Source: Octopus vulgaris
Taxonomy: Eukaryota
Direction of reading: 5' to 3'
DNA length: 64,000 bases
Assembly: GCA_951406725.2 (NCBI GenBank)
Contig: OX597821.1
Coordinates: 72,416,001-72,480,000 of the forward strand
Shown here: piece after piece, positions 52,764 through 64,000 of the stretch
Layout: each line of letters begins with the position of its first letter
How positions within the stretch are numbered: the stretch's first letter is position 1
Position numbers and translations under genes: made by a program
Notes under the pieces: model-generated
The model's database searches: none
What the model saw: the letters and a program-made list of their open reading frames with translations, nothing else
Told to the model about the DNA's origin: nothing

Positions 52764-53134
52764 AACTTATAAATAAGGGCAAAATAAAAAATTCTTATGC
52801 CAAATATGCTGAGAATAGACTTTAAATCGTCAATAACCACATATAATTCATCACTCTTGCCTCTCGAAGCAAGCTGACAGAAATTTCTAAAGGATTCCGT
52901 TAATAAGGAATTGGTACAATTTCTGAGTTAATTCATAAAGAATTTTCTCATCATCAGCGGTAAATACATTAAGAAATAAATGAAATACTTAACTCAAAAT
53001 TTGGACCGTAATAACGGAAGATTTTAGAAATTTCTGTCCGCATGCTTATAGTGGTGAATTATATGTGGTTATTGACGGTTTAAAGTCTATTTCTTGTCAT
53101 AGAAATTTTTTTCTTTCGCCCTTATTTATAAGTT
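52764..53134. mobile_element. About 370-bp foldback (palindromic) element
   Basis: AACTTATAAATAAGGGC...GAATAGACTTTAAATCGTCAATAACCACATATAATTCA...GACAGAAATTTCTAAA is mirrored as its reverse complement at about 52990-53134. Confidence 0.75.
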
Positions 53135-53646
53135 GTTTATATATTTATGTCTATCCCCACCACCATCACTTGACACCAATGTTGGTGTTTTTATGTAAAT
53201 TAGCAGTTTGGAACAAGAAACTGATAGTTTTTGTAAGCCTAGTACTTATTCTAAGTCCTGAGGTCATTTTGTTCAACTAAAGGCAGTGCTCCAGCATGGC
53301 CGCAGTCAAATGACAAACAAGTAAAAGAATATATATATATACATTCGATGCTTTTTTTCCAAGGAATCTAATGCTCTTAGCTTAGTTTTTCCTTTGGGTG
53401 GCCAGATTGGAGCAATCTCAAGATTAATCAGCCAAAATTGTGAGGATGATCTGGTTCTTGACTGAAGATTAAAGGCTTCGAATGACCCATCTGTGTTTTT
53501 TGTATCGTCTTCTGGATGTTTAGCATTCTTGTCCAATTTTGTATTTATATACACACGCACACTATTTTGTGAATCTAATTTGTGTTGTACCTTCTCAAAA
53601 TCGTTATTAACAAGGTTTTCTTTTTCTGTTCTTTCCTATTTTACAG

Positions 53647-53712
53647 GATTTCTAAATAACACAGTAACACTTAAAAAAGCCACACTCAATGGTCACCACC
53701 CACAGCAGCAAA
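53647..53712 (+). CDS. CPLANE1: CPLANE1-like exon 19
   Basis: Long pyrimidine tract, ttacAG / GTAGGT. GFLNNTVTLKKATLNGHHPQQQ; phase 1 to 1. Confidence 0.65.
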
Positions 53713-55779
53713 GTAGGTTTCATCCATTATTTCATGCAGTGCATCTCTATGTCTGAAGCAAAATTTCTCAACATATATCTCTGCTATTTTGTATGAAACA
53801 AACAATTTTAAGCAATAAAGAACGGCAAGCCTGTCTGTCTGCCTGCAGCTTTTTGTCAGTCAGTTTTCAACAACCAATATCAGACAGGGAAACCAATATT
53901 ATCTCCTGGGACTATTTCAAAATTTTGCCTACCCCCGTGACACACTAAATTCCCAGTTCCCATTCTTTTCTTCTTTTTTTTTGTTAATGAAGCCTCATAT
54001 TACTTTGGTTCAAACTACATTTTTTTGAATTTTAGGAAATGTACAGCATACAAAAGTATATAATCTCATCATCGTTTAACATCTACTTTCCATGCTGGCA
54101 CAGGTTGGACGGTTCGACCTGGGTCCAGGAAGCCAGGAGGCTGCACCAGGCTCCAGTCTGATCTGGCAGTGTTTCTACAGCTGGATGCCCTTCCTAACGC
54201 CAACCACTCTGACAGTGTAGTGGGTGCTTTTTACATGCCACCAGCACAGGGGCCAGGGGAGGCTGGCAACGGCCATGATCAGTTGCTGCTTTTTACGTGC
54301 CACTGGCATTGGCCATGTTTGGATGGTGCTTTTAACGTGCCACCAGCATAGGTATCACAACTAGAATTTCCATTTGATTTTTTGATGTTGATGTACTCAA
54401 CTCAATAGGTCAGGGGGAAAATGTATAAATGGAGGCATTGTGGGCATTCTAACACTTATTAACATGTGTAGAACTAGTGACATGGCACAGAATGAATATA
54501 TATTTGTTCCATACGGTGGGGGAGTCACTAGGGATATCTGTGCTGTAAATCAATGGAGTAGTTTATACAGGGACCTGATACACGTAAAAAAATTAGACCA
54601 TGACTACAAAAGAAAATCCAGCATAAAATGAACGTGACAGGCAGTGTTGATATATTGCAGAAGTATTCATATCTCATAATCTCTTCTCCAAAAACACCGT
54701 CCAAATTTTGAACAGACATGGCTCTGTTGTTCCAGGTTTGATCCCACTGTACACACTTGGTAAGGTTGGCATTAGGTAGGCTGTCTATAGAAACCCTGCC
54801 AAATCAGACTGGAGTCTGGTGCGGCAGCCCCTCGGCTTACCAACCCTGGTCAAACCATCCAGCCCATGCCAGCATGGACAACGGACACTAAATGACGATG
54901 ACATACAGTACTGTTGCAAATGTCTGCAATGATATTTCTTGGACATCCCAAGGTTAGGATGAAATGGCTTGCGAGTGGAATTTAGTAGACAGAAATTATG
55001 CAGAAACTTAGTGTATTTGTATATCTTTCAGCAAAAAATGTAAACATCAACAAAGAAAATTAATACATGTCCTTTGTGATATTTGTTCTCTCGATGTTGC
55101 ATAAGTAATCCCATATCACTGTTGTCATTGTATATTCAGTGAACTAGTGATCGATCCTTTGGAAACTTGGAAACAATTAAATTATTGGCATCACACAAAA
55201 AAAAAAAGACAAATACAATTATTCAAGAATAGAAATTGATTGATGTAAAACTTTAAACCTGAAGCAGTCGAGAAGGTTGTGCCAACTAAAATTGCAATAT
55301 TCTGATGGAATGGAATCTGGGAACCAACATAACACCTTAATCAACTGCATCTGGGTATTTTTTGTGAATCATTTGTCTTTTACTCGTTTCAGTCATGTAC
55401 TTATTCTATCAGTCTCTTCCCTGCTAAGTTACATGGATGTAAACAAACCAACACTGCTTGTTAAGTGGTGGTGAGGCACACACACACACACATATACATG
55501 ACAGGCTTCCAGTTTCCAAATTCACTCACATGGTATTGGCTGACCCAGGACTATAGTAGAAGGTACTTGTCCAAGACGCCTTGCAGGAGGATTGAACCCT
55601 GATCCACAGGGTTGCAAAGTGAGCTTAATGACACAGCCATGCTCAGGCTAAACAATGTTGAAGATTTTGCCAGTGTTCTATGTAGTGAAATTGCATGTGA
55701 TATTTATTATATTGAACTGCAATTAGTAACATTTTCATAATGAGATTGGTTTAATATTAATTATTGCTTTACTCTTCAG

Positions 55780-55937
55780 TCCCAACTCAACACAGAATGA
55801 AAATGACGCAGGACAAGACCCCTGTCCGACATCATCCATATGGAGATTCCCATCAGAGTCCTGATGACTATTTATCCGATGTCAGTGAATGGTCTTTGGA
55901 TGACCGCATCAAAAGCATTCTTTATGAAGACAAAAAG
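55780..55937 (+). CDS. CPLANE1: CPLANE1-like exon 20
   Basis: cttcAG / GTAGAG. LSDVSEWSLDDRIKSILYED resembles CPLANE1 VSPWxVPxEIxxIL; phase 1 to 0. Confidence 0.8.
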
Positions 55938-56007
55938 GTAGAGTTAAAAGGCTTCTGTTGTTTCTATAAGGGGTCTCCCAAAAATGTGTAAGGGCTTAAA
56001 TGATGTA

Positions 56008-57184
56008 TTGGGTTGGCAATTAAGTTCCCGCCATTTTTTAAAAGGTTTAATAAAAAATAACAGCTAATTAATCAATTATGTATTTACCCTTGTTGTTTAA
56101 AACTTCTTCCCAACGTTCGAGATTTTCAATACCTCGTTGGTAGAAATCACCGGATTTCAACTGAAAAAATGGATCCAACCAAGCTTTCAATTCTGCATTA
56201 GTATTGAACGAAACTCCGCGCATATTTGAAAGAGATCCAAAGAGGTGGAAATCTGTTGGTGCCAAATCAGGAGAGTACGGCAGGTGTGGCAGCACTTCCC
56301 CGCCATGCGTTTGAATGGCTTCCTTGGTCATATTTGCAATATGAGGGCGGGCGTTGTCGTGCAGCAGAATTCCATGCTGCCGATTAGGGCTTTTCTCTTG
56401 AATAGCCATGTTGAGTCGTTCCATCTGTTGAACATAGTTCCGTGTTGACCGTTTGATTTCGTTCAAGCAATTTGTAATGGATAATCCCTTCCCAGTTCCA
56501 CCATACGCACAACATCGTTTCACGCGGATGAAGATCTTGTTTCGCGCTGCTTCATATTGATGTACAGGCACCATTTTTCGTCGCCAATAACAATTCGGTA
56601 AAGCAATCGTTGCTTGTGTCCATGAGTTGAGCGGTGACAAGCAAGCAAACCAGCGGAGATTGTGACTCGAACTTTGCTGTTGTCACTTAAAGCATGCAGA
56701 ACCCATGCCTCCATACTTCCGAACCTTTCCCATCAAGTGAAGATGCTTCTCTATAGCAGTGTGGGAGCATTCCATTTTCTCTGCCAGTTCCCTTGTCGTT
56801 TGACAAGAATTTTCGTGCAAAAGTTGGTTTAATCGCTCTTCATCAAACTCAACTTGACGGCTAGAATGATGTGCATATTTGAGGTTAAAATTTCCATTTT
56901 TGAACTTGGCATACCAATCAGGAGTGGTTCTTTCAGCTATGGCACCCTCTCCATACACAGCACAACTGTCGCAAGCAGCTTTTGTGGCCTAAGAACCTTG
57001 ATTAAAAGCAAAAACAAGGAGGTGTTGAAAATGCTCTTTTTTTCTTAACTTGACATTCCATTTTAATGATCTGAGAATTAACTAGAAAAAAAAAAAAGTT
57101 CCAGAATGATTCAAAAATAGAATTCTTGCTAAAAATAGATTCCAAAATTTAAAAAAACAGCAGGAACTTAAGTTGCCAGCGTAA
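56008..57184 (-). mobile_element. Full-length decayed mariner transposon
   Basis: TA target duplication at 56006-7 and 57185-6; imperfect TIR of about 30 bp (TTGGGTTGGCAATTAAGTTCCCGCCATTTTTT vs TTACGCTGGCAACTTAAGTTCCTGCTGTTTTTT). Confidence 0.9.
56068..57061 (-). pseudogene. Frameshifted mariner transposase
   Basis: Split over ORFs 56683..56958, 56520..56714 and 56068..56640, with WVLHAL (WVPHEL-type), IVIGDEKWCLY, LLHDNARPH and PYSPDLAPTDFHLF motifs; ATG at 57061. Confidence 0.9.
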
Positions 57185-58121
57185 TAGAAAAAGAGAAAAA
57201 TTATTAAATATTTATAATTTATTTTTGAATACACATCAAACACAGAGTTTTATGTAATTGCAAGGTAGGTAGCATAATGTAACCATGTATACCCAGACAA
57301 CTGTTAGCAGACCCTTAAATATCACAGTGGTGTATTTTCAGTTCAATTAATGGAGCCTGATTTTCTTTAAGACTGATTTTGTTATTGGCTTAGATTTCAA
57401 CAATTTACCTTTTGTACAAATTTTAAGGAAGGCAAACCAGTGATGGAATATCTGCTACCATCGCAGTAACTCTAGGGATGGTTATGAAGTATATCTCGTG
57501 GTTTACATGGGTTTTCTTGTTTTTGCTAATTAGAAAAATGTTTATAATTGGACCAAATAAAAGTAGAAGAGGAATTATTTTGTCAGTAGGTTACCAATTC
57601 TTTCATTGGTCTCAACCATAAAGGTGTCAGTTCAGTTTCTGGTTGGAACTGGTTTTTTGGATCCTTGAGGAAAGTTCTTTTCCTGCTGTATCTGTGTACT
57701 CACCTGAAATTTCTGAAGCAGCCCCTCTCTCCCTCTAGCTGTTGTGTCTTAGATGTTCAGCCAGATCAAGGCAGAGAGCACCCCAGACTAGATACCTACA
57801 TGGAAAAATTAGCAAAAGCTTGGGACACCTGAGTGATGGTTGTATTATTACCGAAAAGTGAAATGAGGCAGTGTAGAGTAAAGATATTTTGCCTGGAAAA
57901 CTAACAAAATATCCAAAACTGATTCAAATCACCTCTAAAGCTACTAATTCAGGGATTCTTCATTTCACTTGCAATTCTGTAACAACTCAAATATTTCTTT
58001 TCTCTCAATTTATATTTCACTGGTGAACAAAAAAAAAAGTTTGGTTTATTATTTCGTAGAGGTACCACTGGCTGATGGTGAGTCCAAATCTGATGCTGAT
58101 GTTCTCAAATGGAACATTTAA

Positions 58122-58445
58122 CCCTTTGAGCCTGTAACACAGGTTTACTGGTGTGTGGCTTATTTTTCACTATACCATAGCACCTATTTCTTTACTACCC
58201 GCCAAGGGGCTAAACACAGAGGGAACAAACAAGGACAGACAAACGGAATAAATCGATTTCGGCAGAATTTGAACTCAGAACGTAATGGCAGACGAAATAC
58301 GGCTACGGATTTCGTCTGGCGTGCTAACGTTTCTGCCAGCTCGCCACCTTACAATTACTATACCATAGCACCACCCTACTGGTGGAGTGCATCTGAAAGC
58401 CAGGTATATGGTCAAAAAAGGGTTCAGGAGTCAGGGCTCAAAGGG
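58122..58445. mobile_element. piggyBac-like MITE family 3 carrying a nested SINE
   Basis: TTAA|CCCTTTGAGCC ... GGCTCAAAGGG|TTAA. SINE at 58185-58356 flanked by the 16-bp TSD ACTATACCATAGCACC (58169-58184 and 58357-58372). Confidence 0.85.
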
Positions 58446-59345
58446 TTAATGCTGCATTTCCTCAGTTCATCTATGGAGATCTTAAACGACAAGTATAAAA
58501 TATTAAAGGAGGCTTTCCCCTCTGACATAAACCCACTGGGACCCCGAGGTGGATTTCAAACCAGGCACTCCAGTGGTGAACTTTGAAGAGATTAAAAACC
58601 ATAGAAAGTGGTAAGTAGCAATTTAATTTGAAAGAACTGTGAATGACGTTTTTGAAATAAGCGAAATAACATAACCACCCCAGAGCAGGGCCGGGGTGGC
58701 CGTCTCATTGTCATTATCTCATGTGTTTATTGTCCCCACACGTGTGTGTTGTCCTTTCTGTGTTTAGCCCCTTGTGGGCAATAATCGAATCATAAATGAC
58801 AAAATTGATAGGAGAGCAAACCATCGGGAATTCATATCCAACCATTATAATTATTGTAATATGGTGACAGTATAAGTCACTGCTAGAATCGCATCTTTCT
58901 AAAATTAACCAGCCACCCACTACCCTGCTGCTGTGTTAACTTCTTGACGAATATTTGTCTGCTATAAGCAAGCACTGCATCTAGAAATTTTACCTATCAC
59001 TTTATAACTACAAAAACTAGAGTAAAATTGATGCAAGGAATTTTCTAGGCTTAATAAGTTTATCCTATGGAAATATTCCTAATTTGTAAAATGCCATCTC
59101 TGAAGTTTTGAGGAAACAAATTAGAAATAAATATTTTTAGCTAAATAGGAGACAAGTTGGTCACCAGTAATATTTTCAGATGAATTGATATTCAAGAAAA
59201 ACGTTTGATTAGTTTGTGGGACTGAAAAAAACAATAAGAGACATTTCCAGTGTATTCCAATTGTGAATCGCTGAAAGATCTCCAGTGTTGGTTATACAAC
59301 ACAACAGATTTACAGGACTTGTTAATGTGTAAAACAAAGCTCACC

Positions 59346-59668
59346 ATTTACATTTGACAGATATTTGTCTTCATCTTGTTTGTTGTTAACATGTTTTGGC
59401 TGATATACCCTCCAGCCTTCATCAGGTGTCTTGGGGAAATATGCCCACAGGCATGTGACTTAGTGGTTAAGAGCGCGGGCTACTAACCCCAAGATTCCAA
59501 GTTCAATTCCAGGCATTGACCTGAATAATAATATTGAAAATACCTTAGGAATGAGAACCGAGGTTTGAAATTTCCCCCTGAACACCTGATGAAGGCTGGA
59601 GGGTCTATCAGCAGAAACGTTGTGTTAACACCAAACAAGATGAGGACAACTATCCGTCAAATGTAAAT
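59346..59668 (+). mobile_element. tRNA-headed element with Penelope-type hammerhead and inverted terminal arms
   Basis: Inverted arms at 59346-59440 and 59570-59668; tRNA-like head at about 59446-59521 with A box 59456-59466 and B box 59500-59510. Confidence 0.7.
59581..59626 (+). ncRNA. Minimal type I hammerhead ribozyme-like motif
   Basis: AACAC-CTGATGA-A-GGCTG(gagggtctat)CAGCA-GAAAC-GTT-GTGTT: helix I AACAC/GTGTT, intact CUGAUGA and GAAA boxes, palindromic loopless helix III (AACGTT). Confidence 0.65.
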
Positions 59669-59852
59669 AATGTATATAATTCCTCATCTCTTAAATATAG
59701 AATTGTGGAACAAAGTTCAGTTCTATATTTATGGCAGAATTCAGTCTTCTATATTTTGAATCTAAATTGCAAGAATTAACTTCGTCTCTTTGAAATTAAT
59801 CTCTAGCTGCAAGTTTTTCTAATCAGACGAATTCAATGTTATCTCATTTTAG

Positions 59853-60035
59853 ACTTCGGAGCAAGAATTCCCAGATGAAGGTTCCAACTCAGCATCTGAC
59901 TATTACGACGAAGTGATTTCCACCCCACAACTGGATCCTATAGATGTGGTGGCTTCTTTGAGTTCCTGTTCTTTGTCAAGTCATATTGACTGGACAGCAG
60001 TGGAGAAAGGACTTACAGAACAAATCAACTCTTAA
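59853..60035 (+). CDS. CPLANE1: CPLANE1-like terminal coding exon
   Basis: ttttAG acceptor. TSEQEFP...ASLSSCSLSSHIDWTAVEKGLTEQINS then TAA; resembles the CPLANE1 C-terminal STGSILSKLDWNAIEDMV motif. Confidence 0.85.
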   Translation, partial: TSEQEFPDEGSNSASDYYDEVISTPQLDPIDVVASLSSCSLSSHIDWTAVEKGLTEQINS

Positions 60036-60255
60036 GAAGGATTCTCGCTTACCGAAAAGAGAATATCAAAAGATAGAATCCATTTTTAAAACAGTCTTTG
60101 TTGATATTTCCTCAAAAAATATTGCTTAGTACACAGATTTTTTGGTAAATTCTCATGTTACAAAGTGACTCATAGAATCAACTTACAAAGTGCCTAAACT
60201 GTAAATATATTCTTAAAAAAAAAAAAAGCTTCATTTTAGTTATATCAACTTTTGT

Positions 60256-60261
60256 AATAAA
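60256..60261 (+). promoter_or_regulatory. Putative polyadenylation signal
   Basis: AATAAA about 220 nt after the stop codon, preceded by TGTA and followed by T-rich sequence. Confidence 0.55.
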
Positions 60262-62650
60262 AATAATCATTTGTTAAATGTTTTTATAAAACTTAATTTT
60301 ATTTCTCATCTTATTTGGAGTTCTGATATATATTGTGTTTTCAACAAGTCTATGAAGAGACTTTATTCCTCAGCATCATGTCCTCTAATGATGCGTATGT
60401 GTTTAGCATGACACACAGATGGCTGTTTTAATTTGTTTCACTTGTGTACATTGAGATTTTCTACACGCTGGAAAAATTCCACAATAATAGTGTTTTTTTT
60501 TACCATTGGTCTGAATTTTGCTTAAGCAGATGACAATCAGACACACAGCCTTGACAAAGGCCATGAAAGAGGAAATGCATCTGTTGTTCTTGTGAGTCAC
60601 TACAACAATGTTGTTTGCCTCTGATATATATATATATATATATATATACAATTTCACAGCATCATGCCTTATATCAGTGTGTAAACACTCAGTAAAATAC
60701 ACAAATGGTTACACACACACAACAAAGACTTTGGAGGAGCACAATGAAACAAAGTCCACGAACAGCTCAAATGCCACACGAGACAGTTTCTGTTAATGAG
60801 ACAATATAACAAGCACAAGACATAGCAAAAATGTAGCAGGTAGTTTGAGAAAATGTTTAGGGTGTTGACAACAAAGGGTTTCTCTGGAAAAGGTGAAATA
60901 TAGACTAGGAAGAATGAGGAAATGTTATCTTGTTCAGAAACATGAAGGTTGGTGACAGGAAGAGCATCCAGCCATAGAATTCTGCCTCAACAAAATTTTG
61001 TCCTACCTATTCAAGATGATGGTGTGTGTAGCTATGCAAGTAGGTAGATAACATAGGTATGTCTTGCCCATTTTTGGTGCAGGCCAAGTCAAGCTTAATA
61101 GTACTGTGTGTGTGTATAACTGGAGGAAACCTGTGGTAAAAGTAGACCCAGTAAGATATGGGATGAGATGGTGAAACATAATCTTTGAACTTTGGACTTC
61201 ATAGATGCAAAGACTAGAGACTGAGACCTTTAACGATATGGTGTGCTTGAGATGAAGACCCGCCAGGCCAAGTGAAATCATAGTGAATGGTTGATGCTGG
61301 TGTCACATAAAAAGCACCTTTTGAGCGTTGGGCTTCACGGAGGCAAAGGGGTCGAGTTCCTTTTGAGTGTTGGGCCCCATAGAGGCAATAACCAAGACCT
61401 TTGGCATTATGTTGTGCTTGAGAAGAAGACCCATCAAGCCGAGCAAAATCGCAGTTGTGGCAGATACTGGTGTCACACAAATGGCACATAAAAGCACCCA
61501 TTACACTCTCGGAGTGGTTGGCATTAGGAAAGGCATCCAGCTGTAGAAATCATGCCAAATCAAAATGGAGTCTAGTGCAGCCTTCTAGCCTCCCAGCCTT
61601 GGTCAAACCCATGGACAACAGACATTAAATGATGATGATGTAGAAAGTGATGCGACATGGTAGTGAGACATGGGCATGATCTTTTGCATGCATAATATTA
61701 ATTTACGTGAGAGGTGGAGCACAAGTGCGCTGACAAAGTAATTGGTCATGAAGAGTAAACCAGTCGAAGGTATCTCATCTGCTATGGACAAAGGAAGAGA
61801 AAGAGTTGAGCAACAACAACAAAAGTGCCATGTGATGTTTGCGAAGAGGATTTCTGGGAAAGGAAGAGTACACAATGCAAGAACTGAAAGGATATTTCAG
61901 CCTGTTAGAGTTGTACGGAAAAGATCACAAAACACCAAGAGGAAGAAGGATGGACGTGACTTTCTCAACTCAGGCCAGTAAAGAAATACAAACAATATAT
62001 CTGATGATTTTTCCATGCTTTGCAGGTTTTTACAAATCCAAATATTTATATAATTTATCACAGTTGCTCCATTCCAGCTGGGTGGCCATCTTAAATGCTA
62101 ACCACACATCTGCACAAGATCAATAAACATTTTTCACATATAAAATTATAAAATATAAAGATATTTATTCTGTTGAGAGGTTTAAACAGCTGCTAGTAAT
62201 TAGCAGCACGTAAATAGTCAATTAAGCAATTCGTTTGTGCAAATTGTCTTTGTAATTCATGCCAAACCTGTACGTGTTGCTGGTGAAGCTGTTTTATGAG
62301 TTCACAAAGTTTAGCATTTGTTCCAATTTCGGTGAAGTGAATCTGGAATGCAAAGAAAGAACGAAGAAATCTTAAAGATAATCATGCTTCGGAAACATCT
62401 AAATCGTATTAGTTCCAACACAAAAAAACAATTGCTACAAACTTGGATACAACTAAACTGAAAAACAATTATGAGAAATGATCCCCAAGACAAGAGTAAG
62501 GAGTGGCTGAGTGGTAAGTAGCTTGCTTACCAACCACATGGCTCCGGGTTCAGTCCCACTGCGTGGCACCTTCTATAGCCTCGGGCCAACCAAAGCCTTG
62601 TGAGTGGATTTGGTAGACGGAAACTGAAAGAAGCCCGTCGTATATGTGTG

Positions 62651-62683
<33 letters not shown>

Positions 62684-64000
62684 CTGTATTTGTCTCCCCA
62701 ACATCGCTTGACAACCGATACTGGAGTGTTTACGTCCCCGTAACTTAGCGGTTCGTCCAAAGAGACCGATTGAATAAGTACTAGGCTTACAAAGCATAAG
62801 TCCTGGGGTTGATTTGCTCAACTAAAAAGCGGTGCTCCAGCATGGCCAGTCAAATGACTGAAGCAAGTAAAAGAGTAAAACAAGTTAACTGCCACATTCA
62901 CAAATAATAATAGATTCAATGCAATTTCAGCATTTAGAAATGGAAATATTGTGTAACTCATATTTAATAAATGGGTGACACAAATTATGGGAAGTGCACA
63001 TCAGTTTGCTGAAATCCATCCTTAAACAAGAAATAAACCAGGACTCAGAGCAGAGTCACAACCACTCTGATTTATGTGGGTGCTTTTAACAGCCACCGGC
63101 ACAGAAGCCAGCCAAGCAGCACTGGTCTGGACCACGCTCGAATGGAGCTTTTTACGTGCTACCCAGTCACCCATGCGGCATTGGCATTAGCCAGGACTAC
63201 AATTTCACTTGGCTCAACCACAGCATATCTCCAAAGGTTAGGAAGGGCATCCAGCTGCAGAAACCTTGCCAGATCAGATTGGAGCATGGTGCAACCTCCT
63301 GGTTTGCCAGTCCTCACTCAAACCGTCCAACCTATGCTAGCATGGACAACAGACATTAAATGATGATGATGGTGGTGGTGGTGGTTATAAGCACATTATG
63401 GCACAAATAGCCACAAAGCATTACACAACTAAGAACAGTAGCAGTAGCATCATAAAAGCATTTTATGTCATGTCATACTGATCTCATCATCATCATTAAA
63501 CACCCACTTTTCCATGCTTGCCGGGGTCAGATATTCTATGGCTGAATGGCTCTCCTGTTTCCAAGCGAAGTAAAGTTTCCCCCCATGGTTGAAGATTTAA
63601 ACCAAACAACCTCACTTGTACGACAGTGATGCTCATTTACAACCAACATGTAATGTTCAGACATGGGCACACACACACACAAGCTTCTTTCAGTTACTAT
63701 CTACCAAATCCATTCACAAGAATTTGACTGGCCCAAACCTATCATAGAAGACACTAGTCCAAGGTGCCATGCAGTAGGACAGAACACTAGACCACACAAT
63801 TGGGAAGCAAGATTCTTGACCACACAGCCATTGTTACACTGATGTGGCTATCAGGTGGTGCCAGGCATCATAACAAATCCACTGGCCTCCACCCCTTACT
63901 CTTTGGCTACCTTTTGGAAGAATCTATTCTGTTACAAATAATCAGGGCAAGACTTCACCATGAGAACAGATAACATACTATATTGCCATTGCTGCTTCCT

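Noticed and set aside
53340-53555. Repeat with CTGAAGA...TTCGAA, a possible fourth hammerhead
   Set aside because: No GAAA box or convincing helices I-III could be built in this copy.
59446-59521. Functional tRNA gene (apparent anticodon ACT)
   Set aside because: Anticodon and acceptor stems are mismatched and it is embedded in a repeat; treated as a SINE head.

Overview
AT-rich, repeat-dense animal genomic DNA. The SINE, RTE-tail and microsatellite content looks like a coleoid cephalopod, most likely Octopus (inference from recalled repeat families). The + strand carries the 3' part of one large spliced gene. I reconstructed 21 GT-AG exons between 258 and 60035; their splice phases chain correctly into about 1673 codons ending in TAA at 60033-60035, with AATAAA at 60256. 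Short conserved motifs (LIPPELIVGF, PDIFLNL, FLNVIDV, KMSHQLGVLDK, SILSSVSDIMVDL, VWM...EFRDKQTELQHQERKPF, VSEWSLDDRIKSIL, SLSSHIDWTAVE) point to CPLANE1/C5orf42/JBTS17. The introns hold tRNA-derived SINEs, RTE and CR1 LINE 3' ends, a decayed full-length mariner, piggyBac-, hAT- and Merlin-like MITEs, a Helitron-like element and foldback elements. The most unusual signal is three unrelated short non-coding elements that each contain a Penelope-type minimal hammerhead ribozyme fold: a tRNA-headed element with inverted arms (59346-59668), a 336-bp unit with terminal redundancy and a target-site duplication (50424-50828), and a 410-bp palindrome (13691-14100). All ribozyme copies here carry core or helix substitutions, so activity is unproven. 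Other points of interest are a recent in-exon tandem duplication, an intron made mostly of a LINE tail, and a CpG-retaining domain inside the longest intron.
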